The notes under the pieces were generated by a model. The model was given only the letters and a program-made list of their open reading frames with translations. It had not been told where the DNA came from and made no database searches. The position numbers and the translations under genes were made by a program. Below are positions 38,834 to 46,771 of a stretch of DNA of 64,000 nt, piece after piece. Every line of letters begins with the position of its first letter. Position 1 is the stretch's first letter. Source of the stretch: Candidatus Tayloriibacteriota bacterium (GTDB taxonomy: Bacteria > Patescibacteriota > Minisyncoccia > Phycocordibacterales > PALSA-1337); assembly GCA_031384385.1 (NCBI GenBank), contig JANNAN010000007.1, positions 10,236-74,235 of the forward strand, read 5' to 3'.

Positions 38834-40784
38834 ATTCATGAAAACAATTCAAGTAGCGGAAGCTACATACAAACAAACCGGAGAAAGTACAAAAATAAAT
38901 GAACTTGGAATGCGCGAAATGCAGGCTAAAGCATTTGAAAAACGTACTGCTCAATACCTACTTTTAAAAGCACCTCCAGCTTCAGGAAAGTCTCGTGCGC
39001 TGATGTTCCTTGCACTCGATAAGTTACAGAATCAAAATATCAAAAAAGTTATTGTTGCTGTTCCAGAAAAAACAATTGGTGGATCTTTCAGTGATACAAA
39101 TCTCAAAACTGAAGGTTTCTTTGCTGACTGGAAATTAAATGACGATTATAACTTGTGTACGCCAGGTACCGATGGTAGCAGTAGCAAGGTCCAAGCCTTT
39201 AAAAACTTTATGGACAATAACGAGAAGGTTCTTGTTTGCACCCACGCAACTTTGAGATTTGCCTGCGAACAGATCGAGGATTCAAAATTTAATGATACTT
39301 TGATTGCTATTGATGAATTTCACCATGTCTCTGCGGACAAAGAGAGTAGTACGCTTGGGCGCGTTTTACATGGAATAATGACTAATTCAAGTGCTCACGT
39401 GATTGCAATGACAGGATCTTATTTTAGAGGTGATGGTGTGGCGGTCCTATTACCTCAGGATGAAGAAAAATTTACAAAAGTTACGTATAACTATTACCAG
39501 CAACTCAACGGATATAATTTTTTGAAGTCGCTTGGTATCGGGTACCATTTTTATCAAGGTAAATATACATCAGCAATCAGTGAGGTTCTTGATACAAACA
39601 AAAAAACGATACTACATATTCCAAATGTTAATTCAGGTGAATCAACAAAAGATAAACTAAACGAGGTCGATCTTATTTTAGATATTATTGGCGAAGTAGA
39701 TCATCAAGATCATGATACTGGGGTTATTTACGTAAAAAGAGACGGAGACAGCAAGATATTAAAAGTCGCTAACCTTGTGGATGATTCTGTAGACCGTGAA
39801 AAAATATCAGGATATCTAAGGACAATGAAGAAGGAAGACGACATGGACATTATTATTGCACTTGGTATGGCAAAGGAAGGTTTTGATTGGCCATACTGTG
39901 AGCACGCTCTTACTGTCGGCTACCGAAGCTCTTTAACAGAGATCATTCAAATAATCGGTCGCTGCACTCGTGATAGTTCAAATAAGACACATGCTCAATT
40001 TACAAATCTTATTGCTCAGCCAGACGCACAAGATAGTCAGGTAAAGATATCAGTCAACAATATGCTTAAGGCAATTACATGCTCGCTACTCATGGAGCAA
40101 GTAATGGCCCCTCATTACAATTTTAAACCAAAGTTTCCGAATGACGGTACCGACTTTATCCCTGGTGAAATAAAAATAAATGGATTTAAAGAGCCGAGTT
40201 CAGACAGAGTAAGAGAAATTATTGAATCAGATATCAATGATCTCAAGGCTTCAATTTTACAGGACGACCAGATCGTAAGAGCCCTTCCTGGTAATGTTGA
40301 TCCAGAAGTTATAAACAAAGTAATGATCCCAAAGATTATTCGGATCAAGTACCCTGATCTGAGTGATCTTGAGGTTGAAGAAGTGAGACAGCATGTAGTT
40401 GTTGATTCTGTAATCAAGAATGGCGAAATAAAAGAAATCGGAGATAAACGTTTTGTTAGAATGGCAGGACAATTTGTAAATATTGATGAACTTAACATAG
40501 ACCTTATCGATAGGATAAACCCATTCCAGGAAGCCTTTGAGATACTTTCAAAATCAGTCACATCAAATATACTAAAAGTCATTCAGGATACAATCGACTC
40601 ATCAAGAATTGAAATGACTCCTGAGGAGGTTAGAATCCTATGGCCTAAGGCGAAAGAGTTTAAAGAAAGAACTGGTCGAGTCCCAGAACTTAACTCTGCG
40701 GACCCTCTGGAAAAGCGTTTAGCAGAGGCGTTGGTATACTTGAGAAAGATAAAAGTTGAACAAGCAAACAATAAGCATGAGTAA
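38817..40784 (+). CDS. SF2 DExH-box helicase (restriction Res-subunit-like ATPase) lacking its own nuclease domain
   Basis: Walker A APPASGKSRA, DExH box AIDEFHHV and motif VI QIIGRCTRD. The start overlaps the upstream gene by 17 nt (alternative ATG at 38838). Confidence 0.8.
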   Translation: MKQTNKFMKTIQVAEATYKQTGESTKINELGMREMQAKAFEKRTAQYLLLKAPPASGKSRALMFLALDKLQNQNIKKVIVAVPEKTIGGSFSDTNLKTEGFFADWKLNDDYNLCTPGTDGSSSKVQAFKNFMDNNEKVLVCTHATLRFACEQIEDSKFNDTLIAIDEFHHVSADKESSTLGRVLHGIMTNSSAHVIAMTGSYFRGDGVAVLLPQDEEKFTKVTYNYYQQLNGYNFLKSLGIGYHFYQGKYTSAISEVLDTNKKTILHIPNVNSGESTKDKLNEVDLILDIIGEVDHQDHDTGVIYVKRDGDSKILKVANLVDDSVDREKISGYLRTMKKEDDMDIIIALGMAKEGFDWPYCEHALTVGYRSSLTEIIQIIGRCTRDSSNKTHAQFTNLIAQPDAQDSQVKISVNNMLKAITCSLLMEQVMAPHYNFKPKFPNDGTDFIPGEIKINGFKEPSSDRVREIIESDINDLKASILQDDQIVRALPGNVDPEVINKVMIPKIIRIKYPDLSDLEVEEVRQHVVVDSVIKNGEIKEIGDKRFVRMAGQFVNIDELNIDLIDRINPFQEAFEILSKSVTSNILKVIQDTIDSSRIEMTPEEVRILWPKAKEFKERTGRVPELNSADPLEKRLAEALVYLRKIKVEQANNKHE

Positions 40785-41925
40785 CGATAATTTATTAGAT
40801 TTGATAAATGACGATGATTCCGGACTTCTTGATATTAAAGAGAAGGCTATTTCTATCACCCCAGACGATCGATTATTAGAATCATTTATGGAGATTAATG
40901 ACTTTTTTAAAACTCATAACTCAGAGCCAAAATCTGGTGGTGATATTCACGAGCACAAGCTTTCTTCAAGGTTGAAACATATCAGGGAAAATAAAGATCT
41001 CAAAGAATTTTTATCGAAGTATGATACATATAAACTATTAGCCGTAAGTACTAAGAATTTAGAGACCGTTAGTGATATCTTTGAAGATGATAGTCTTGGC
41101 CTGCTATCAGTTGAAGATACGTCAATTTTTAACATAACAAATGTTCCTGAAGTAGACAAAGATCGTTCGGATCCCGATTTTATTGCCAAGAGAGAAAGAG
41201 TTGTTGATTTTGAAAAATATAAGCATTTGTTTGATCAGTGTCAGAGAGAACTAAAAAACGGAACTAAAAAAATATCAAGTTTTGTTGAGGGTGAAATGAA
41301 AAAAGGTGACTTCTTTGTTTTAAGTGGAGTACTTGTGTATCTTGAGGACATCTTCAACCCTTACAGAGGTAATAGTCAGAAAATAAACCGAAGAACAAGA
41401 TGTATTTATGAAAACGGCACAGAATCAAATGTCTTACTGAGATCTCTTGGAAAGAGACTGTCTGAAGTCGGATATGCTGTTAAGGACAACGACCCGATGC
41501 CTGAAATTGATACCGACGATAAAGAAACTGGATATATTTATGTTTTAAAATCACTCAGTATGGATCCTAGAATTAATAGTACAAGAAATCTTTTTAAGAT
41601 TGGTTTTTCTACCATAACCGTTGAAGAAAGAATTAAAAATGCTGATCAGGATCCTACTTATCTTATGGCACCTGTTTCTATTGTGGCAACCTATAGGTGC
41701 TTTAACATGAACCCTCAAAGACTTGAAAGATTACTTCACCGATTCTTTACTGACTCATGTCTTGATATCGAAATAACTGATAAAAGCGGAAATAAATATA
41801 CTCCCAAGGAATGGTTCGTAGCGCCGATTGTTGTTGTCGAGAAAGTTATAGACCTAATCATAAAGGGAGATATCGTTAATTATGTATATGACAAAAGTAC
41901 TGAAAAAGTCATTTTAAATCAATAA
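40777..41925 (+). CDS. T5orf172/MUG113-type (GIY-YIG superfamily) domain protein
   Basis: GYIYVLKS...(17 aa)...KIGFSTITVEERI matches the T5orf172 pattern GyvYvl...KIGxT...R. The ATG overlaps the helicase stop (ATGAGTAA). The six-frame ORF is extended to 40756 by TTG. Confidence 0.55.
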   Translation: MSNDNLLDLINDDDSGLLDIKEKAISITPDDRLLESFMEINDFFKTHNSEPKSGGDIHEHKLSSRLKHIRENKDLKEFLSKYDTYKLLAVSTKNLETVSDIFEDDSLGLLSVEDTSIFNITNVPEVDKDRSDPDFIAKRERVVDFEKYKHLFDQCQRELKNGTKKISSFVEGEMKKGDFFVLSGVLVYLEDIFNPYRGNSQKINRRTRCIYENGTESNVLLRSLGKRLSEVGYAVKDNDPMPEIDTDDKETGYIYVLKSLSMDPRINSTRNLFKIGFSTITVEERIKNADQDPTYLMAPVSIVATYRCFNMNPQRLERLLHRFFTDSCLDIEITDKSGNKYTPKEWFVAPIVVVEKVIDLIIKGDIVNYVYDKSTEKVILNQ

Positions 41926-41928
41926 AGA

Positions 41929-42654
41929 TTGTTCATGAAAAATATAGAAGAAGGACTCAAAGAGATCTACGAAAATATAAGAAAATTAGAATCCTTAATA
42001 AATACTAAAAATGATCTTACTAGGATACATAAGGACAATGTATTTAATAGGAGATTTTCTGTTGTTCTCAGTGATTTTTCTGATCTTGAAACTATAGGAA
42101 TGAGACTTAATAAAAACATACCTGAAGTTGAGACTTTACAGAGGATTATACAAAAACGCTTCAAGTCCGAAGATAAGGACAGAATTACAGATGAAGGTCA
42201 AAGACTGCACCAAGAATCGGATAAGATTAATCGAGAAAATCAGGTAGATTTCAAATGTTTATATATTTTTTCAAAGATATTTCTTGATCAATATACTACT
42301 CTAATCAAATTATTATTTAATTGGCGAGGTATTGGCGACAAGTCAATTACAAGTTTTTATAATAGCCTAGAAAAATATAAAGGAGAGGAAGAACAGATCA
42401 TTTCTTTTAAAGATAGTTGCTTAAAAAGACTTAAAGCAATTGATGTTTTTGTAACAGAATACCGTGATCAATATGTTGTGCATGATCAAACTAAACATAA
42501 AGATACAAGATGGTTTTTAAATGATATGACGGGCAGTGTTAGATTTATTGGTGGTAGGCCATCAATAACACCACAGGAGTTGGTTTTTGTTGTTTCTAAT
42601 TATATTAAGGACTCCGTCACCTTTATAAAAGATCAAGAAAGCACCCTGAATTAG
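41929..42654 (+). CDS. Hypothetical protein (241 aa), last gene of the four-gene cluster
   Basis: Starts 4 nt after the T5orf172 gene on the same strand. No recognisable motifs. Confidence 0.5.
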   Translation: MFMKNIEEGLKEIYENIRKLESLINTKNDLTRIHKDNVFNRRFSVVLSDFSDLETIGMRLNKNIPEVETLQRIIQKRFKSEDKDRITDEGQRLHQESDKINRENQVDFKCLYIFSKIFLDQYTTLIKLLFNWRGIGDKSITSFYNSLEKYKGEEEQIISFKDSCLKRLKAIDVFVTEYRDQYVVHDQTKHKDTRWFLNDMTGSVRFIGGRPSITPQELVFVVSNYIKDSVTFIKDQESTLN

Positions 42655-42759
42655 GGCCTAAATTGCCCTGTGTACGCTTTTCCAAGCCTATTCAGGGCTT
42701 TTTACGTGTCTTGGCCAATACCCACTAATTTGCACTAATTCCGACCCCATACTTACTGG

Positions 42760-43140
42760 GTCCTGGGAAATTGATTGCACACACTTTTCAACATTTTTAG
42801 CGCCTCATACTATGTGGGTCCAGTAAAAAAGTAGAAATTGACTCCGCACGATTTTCCACGTTTTTACCAGGACATACTTATAGGATCCAAAGAGATAAAA
42901 GTAATTCCTACAGTTAGGAACTTTATACACCTTAGGATAAACCCATAATCTTAGGCCTAAAAAGTAATGCACCATATTTTGCATTTTTTAGAGCCTAGGA
43001 TTAAGTAGTTCTCTGGTCCGAAGTAATTCCTGCAATTAGTGAATTACAAGACCTCAGAATAGACAAATCGGATGACCCAAAAGTAATGCACGTAATTTTG
43101 CATTAAATAAGGTCTACGATACATACATTCCCATTGCACG
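42760..43140. repeat. About six degenerate tandem repeats of ~65 bp (GGRTCC..AAAAGTAR..ATT..GCAC..TTTT..AGGNCT), iteron-like
   Basis: Units begin near 42760, 42819, 42886, 42953, 43016 and 43073. Examples: TAATGCACCATATTTTGCATTTTTTAGAGCCTAGGA vs TAATGCACGTAATTTTGCATTAAATAAGGTCTACGA. Confidence 0.6.
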
Positions 43141-43185
43141 GAAAGAGCTGAGTCAACTTGCAATGGGGACTCAGCTCTTTCTGTT
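43126..43185 (+). promoter_or_regulatory. Two interleaved inverted repeats (CCCATTGCA...TGCAATGGG and AGAGCTGAGTC...GACTCAGCTCT), a pseudoknot-like or alternative-hairpin element followed by CTGTTTTC
   Basis: The arms are ordered a-b-a'-b' with 9-bp and 11-bp stems, immediately upstream of or overlapping the 43163 ORF start. Confidence 0.45.
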
Positions 43186-43510
43186 TTCAAAAAGAGCCAG
43201 CTCGATAAAGGTCGAAAGAAAAACCCTCATGCTTACCAAACACGCACTAGAAGAATACAAAGAAATACATCGCCAGGAAACCGGCGCGGTTTTTCCTGAT
43301 GACGTGTTGGCTAATGAGGCAATTAACTTGCTTACTCTTTTTAACTTTGTCTATCGACCGATCAAAAAAGAGTGGCTGAAAGAATATGGACGACAAAATA
43401 AATCTAAACGAGGAATGGCAGAGAATTCTCAGTCAGAAGAACAAATCGCCGAAACGAGTGGCGAAGTTCGAAGAATTCAAAAAGACCCATCTCGAACAAA
43501 CCAGGAGTGA
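43163..43510 (+). CDS. Small hypothetical protein (115 aa). Overlaps the next ORF in another frame, so possibly not real.
   Basis: ORF only. The start lies inside the hairpin element. Confidence 0.25.
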   Translation: MGTQLFLFSKRASSIKVERKTLMLTKHALEEYKEIHRQETGAVFPDDVLANEAINLLTLFNFVYRPIKKEWLKEYGRQNKSKRGMAENSQSEEQIAETSGEVRRIQKDPSRTNQE

Positions 43511-44375
43511 AATAAATCCGGACACACTTCGCAGTAAGAAAAAGCCTAACAGGTTTGTTGTCGATAACGAGTATGTCAAAGGTTATTATCTGGCGAAATT
43601 TCCACCGGTCTGTTCCCAGGTGCTTTTGACGTTACTTGTCCACTGCAATCTCAATAGACAGGATGCGTTTCCGAGCATTGTCACTATTCAAGAACTCTCC
43701 GGATGTACCAACACTCGAAGTGTCATTAGTGCTCTTAGGATTCTTGAGGCCTACGGGATAATTAACATTCGTCGGTCCAAGAGAGGGGTAAAAGCAGTGA
43801 ATGTCTATTTCTTTCAGTCGGTCCGACATTGGAGACCACTCTCAAAGAGCATGAAAAAGATTAAGCTCACCGATCCATTACCGCAATGGCAAAATCCCGT
43901 CCAGAGCACTGGCAGAAAACAGACCTATCGTACTGGCCCTACTGCCAGTCTAACTAACCTAAGAGAAAACTATAATAATAAAATACAAAATATTGGAGAT
44001 ATTTTAAGGGAAAGATTCAAAATGCCAGAAGACCCGTCTAAGGTTGCTATTCCTACACCTTCTAGCAATACTGTCGTCGATGACAAAAAGGCAGAAGACA
44101 TGGAACCTGATACGCCTGTTAGAACAGGTGAAAAACAAGGGTATCGTACTGGCACTAATGCCACTACGATTGATACCCGTAATAACGGGAAATTAACGGG
44201 AACCGAAAGTCAGAGACATGGCATGTCATCAGCCGTTTATAAACGGGAAATAACGGTCGAAAAACCTCCCGAGGATCCATTTGTAAATGGTGAAAAATGG
44301 ACTAAGGAAGATGAGGGTATCGGTCTGATGAATATCAACAATGAAGATATCGGACCAGGAAGCGCAACATTATAA
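43386..44375 (+). CDS. Winged-helix DNA-binding protein, plasmid/phage replication-initiator-like (Rep-type HTH)
   Basis: LLTLLVHCNLNRQDAFPSIVTIQELSGCTNTRSVISALRILEAYGIINIRR is a typical replication-protein winged-helix. C-terminal repeated ...TGxKQxYRTG... motifs. Located downstream of the iteron-like array. Confidence 0.5.
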   Translation: MDDKINLNEEWQRILSQKNKSPKRVAKFEEFKKTHLEQTRSEINPDTLRSKKKPNRFVVDNEYVKGYYLAKFPPVCSQVLLTLLVHCNLNRQDAFPSIVTIQELSGCTNTRSVISALRILEAYGIINIRRSKRGVKAVNVYFFQSVRHWRPLSKSMKKIKLTDPLPQWQNPVQSTGRKQTYRTGPTASLTNLRENYNNKIQNIGDILRERFKMPEDPSKVAIPTPSSNTVVDDKKAEDMEPDTPVRTGEKQGYRTGTNATTIDTRNNGKLTGTESQRHGMSSAVYKREITVEKPPEDPFVNGEKWTKEDEGIGLMNINNEDIGPGSATL

Positions 44376-44380
44376 AAACT

Positions 44381-46042
44381 ATGAATAATAAAATACCCAC
44401 AATCAAATACTTCCTCTACGCTAGAAAATCTAGTGAAGCGGAAGACAGACAAGCGGCATCAATCGATGCCCAGAAAGATGAACTCTTAAAGATTGCACAA
44501 GAGCAAGGTTTAACCATTGTTGAGATTCTTACCGAATCACAGTCAGCTAAGAAACCAGGAAGACCGATATTCAACAAGATGCTTGAGCGAATCTACAAAG
44601 GCGAAGCAAATGGAATCATTTGTTGGAAGTTGGACCGACTTGCTCGTAACCCAGTAGATGGCGGGCAGATAAGCTGGATGTTACAGCAGAGTGCGATCGC
44701 ACAGATCGTTACGTTCGGCCGAACATACTATCCGACTGATAACGTTCTCATGATGCAGGTTGAGCTTGGAATGGCGAATCAATACATCCGAGACTTGTCG
44801 GTAAACGTAAAGCGAGGACTGGCAAAGAAGGTCCGAGAAGGCTGGCTACCAAGTATGTGTCCAGTCGGGTACATGAGTACACCTGACAGAGAAAAGGGAT
44901 TCAAGACAATCATGAAGGACCCTGATAGATTTCCTGTAGTAAAAAGATTGTTCGATTTAATGCTCAGTGGTAATTACAGCACCTGCCAAATATGGGACGT
45001 GGCTCGTAAGGAGTTGAATCTGAAAACATATCAGCGCAGACATATGGGTGGCAAACATCTTTCCAAAAGTGGTATCTATGCACTCTTGAGCAATCCTTTC
45101 TACTACGGCTGGTTTGAATATCCCTACAAGAGCGGAGAATGGCACAAAGGTGCGCATGAGGCCATGATCACCGAAGAAGAATTCAACAAGGTCCAGATCA
45201 TTATGGGTAGGACTATGCAACCTCGGCCAAGACCAGAGCGCAACTTTGCATTTACTTCACTCATGAAATGTGGCACGTGTGGCTGTAGCATTACTGCTCA
45301 GGCGAAAGTAAAACGCCAGAAGAACGGCAACGTCCACCACTACGTTTATTACAATTGCACCAAGAAAAAAGTAGACGTGAAGTGTCCCGAGCAATGTCTC
45401 GAACTCAAGAACCTCGAACTAGATATCAAAGGCAAGCTAAGCGAGATCACTATTTCAGAAAGATTCAAAGACTGGGCGATCAAGCACCTCCATGAACTCC
45501 GAAAGACGGAAGTCGATAGCGACACCTTGGTCTTTAAGGGCAAACACAAAGAGCTTGAGGAGGTAACAAAGAATTTGCAGTCACTCACGCTCAACTTCAC
45601 CTCACCTAAAAACAGCGAAAGAGCGATAATTACAGACGAAGAATACCAAACTCTCAAAGTTGGAATGGTGAAAAAGAAATTGATCCTCGAAGACGAACTG
45701 AAAGTAAAAAATAAAGAGGTTTTGGAATGGATAGACCTCACCGAGCAGACCTTTGACTTTGCCTGCTATGCCCACATTTGGTTTGAAAAAGGAGACGATA
45801 AAGCCAAAAGAGCGATACTTGCATGTTTAGGCTCGAACCTCACCCTAAAAGGCAAAAAGGTCTTTGTAAATTACCATTCTTTCGTAAAGACACTCATAAA
45901 AAGTCGTCAGGCGGTTGAAGACGAATTAGAGAAGGTTAGAACCTCCAAAGTATCAAGCAATAAAAGACAAAACCCCACAAATTGTGAGGTTTCGTCACTA
46001 GGGCTCCGGCGGCAGGGATCGAACCTGCGACCTTTCCGTTAA
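44381..46042 (+). CDS. Large serine recombinase (integrase). The 3' end overlaps tRNA-Asn on the opposite strand.
   Basis: N-terminal resolvase domain YARKSSEAEDRQAASIDAQ (Ser nucleophile region), a recombinase domain, a zinc ribbon (CGTCGC...YYNCTKKK..C..C) and a C-terminal coiled-coil. 553 aa. Confidence 0.85.
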   Translation: MNNKIPTIKYFLYARKSSEAEDRQAASIDAQKDELLKIAQEQGLTIVEILTESQSAKKPGRPIFNKMLERIYKGEANGIICWKLDRLARNPVDGGQISWMLQQSAIAQIVTFGRTYYPTDNVLMMQVELGMANQYIRDLSVNVKRGLAKKVREGWLPSMCPVGYMSTPDREKGFKTIMKDPDRFPVVKRLFDLMLSGNYSTCQIWDVARKELNLKTYQRRHMGGKHLSKSGIYALLSNPFYYGWFEYPYKSGEWHKGAHEAMITEEEFNKVQIIMGRTMQPRPRPERNFAFTSLMKCGTCGCSITAQAKVKRQKNGNVHHYVYYNCTKKKVDVKCPEQCLELKNLELDIKGKLSEITISERFKDWAIKHLHELRKTEVDSDTLVFKGKHKELEEVTKNLQSLTLNFTSPKNSERAIITDEEYQTLKVGMVKKKLILEDELKVKNKEVLEWIDLTEQTFDFACYAHIWFEKGDDKAKRAILACLGSNLTLKGKKVFVNYHSFVKTLIKSRQAVEDELEKVRTSKVSSNKRQNPTNCEVSSLGLRRQGSNLRPFR

Positions 46043-46075
46043 CAGCGGATTGCTCTACCTCTGAGCTACACCGGA
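46004..46075 (-). tRNA. tRNA-Asn (anticodon GTT)
   Basis: Manual fold on the minus strand: 7-bp acceptor stem (one G-U pair), D arm GCTC-AGAGGTA-GAGC, anticodon loop CTGTTAA, 5-nt variable loop, T arm GCAGG-TTCGATC-CCTGC, discriminator G. No encoded CCA. Confidence 0.8.
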
Positions 46076-46200
46076 ATGTGTATTAATTTCGTTCCTTTTG
46101 TTAAGAACATAAGTATACTATCAGATATATATATAAAAGTGAAGATAAAATAGATTATTATAAATAATAATAAAAGATTATTTGAGCTAGATTTTAAACA

Positions 46201-46229
46201 TTGAAATTAAAGAAAAATGAGAGTATAAT
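46201..46229 (+). promoter_or_regulatory. Sigma70-like promoter TTGAAA-N17-TATAAT upstream of hpf
   Basis: TTGAAA at 46201-46206 and TATAAT at 46224-46229. Confidence 0.4.
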
Positions 46230-46254
46230 TTATATATAATATTAAAATACCATT

Positions 46255-46623
46255 ATGAATATACAAATAAAAACAACAACAATTAGTCTTACTCCAGCAA
46301 TCTCAGAATATGTAGAAAAAAAGTTAAATTCAATTGAAAAATTTTTCAAAAATGATAGTACATTAAAATTTGATCTTGAATTGGGAAAAACAAACAATCA
46401 TCATAAAAATGGAGATATATTTAAGGCAGAAATTCATATAGTAGCAATGGATACAAATATTTATGCTAGTGCAGAAAAAGAAGATTTATATGTTGCTATT
46501 GATTCTGTAAAAGATGAAATTTTGAGAGAAATAAAAAGTTCAAATAGTAAAAGAAGATCATTAATTAGAAGAGGAGGTGCTAGAATTAAAAATATTTTAA
46601 AAGGTATTTGGCCAAATAAATAA
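46255..46623 (+). CDS. hpf: Ribosome hibernation promoting factor / RaiA (YfiA) family
   Basis: MNIQIKTTTISLTPAISEYVEKKLNSIEKFF is the characteristic HPF N-terminus. 122 aa. Confidence 0.8.
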   Translation: MNIQIKTTTISLTPAISEYVEKKLNSIEKFFKNDSTLKFDLELGKTNNHHKNGDIFKAEIHIVAMDTNIYASAEKEDLYVAIDSVKDEILREIKSSNSKRRSLIRRGGARIKNILKGIWPNK

Positions 46624-46771
46624 TTATTTTTTTAATGCCTAATTATTTTAAACAACAAATAAATAAATGGCTTTGTTTAATTTTTATAGGAGTTTTATTA
46701 TTTTGGATTGCTGTCTATTATCTAAAAGGTATCGCTGAAGTTGCTGGAATGAAACAACCACCAATAGAACT

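Larger units (their letters stand above)
33640..46075. mobile_element. Putative integrated mobile element or genomic island (~12.4 kb) adjoining tRNA-Asn. It carries a large serine recombinase, a Rep-like gene with iterons, Fic, a DnaQ-like exonuclease and an RM/helicase/T5orf172 cluster.
   Basis: GC is elevated and heterogeneous relative to flanks. The recombinase gene abuts and overlaps the 3' end of the tRNA. Two repeat arrays and phage/plasmid-type cargo genes are present. Housekeeping genes resume on both sides. Confidence 0.6.

Noticed and set aside
40115-40582. 155-aa minus-strand ORF inside the helicase gene
   Set aside because: Antisense to the SF2 helicase with conserved motifs. 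Ser-rich, low-complexity translation. Spurious.
33939-43140. Possible CRISPR array at either of the two repeat arrays
   Set aside because: Units are degenerate, of unequal length (32-42 bp and ~65 bp) and lack the repeat/unique-spacer alternation. No cas genes are in the window. They fit iterons or operator arrays better.
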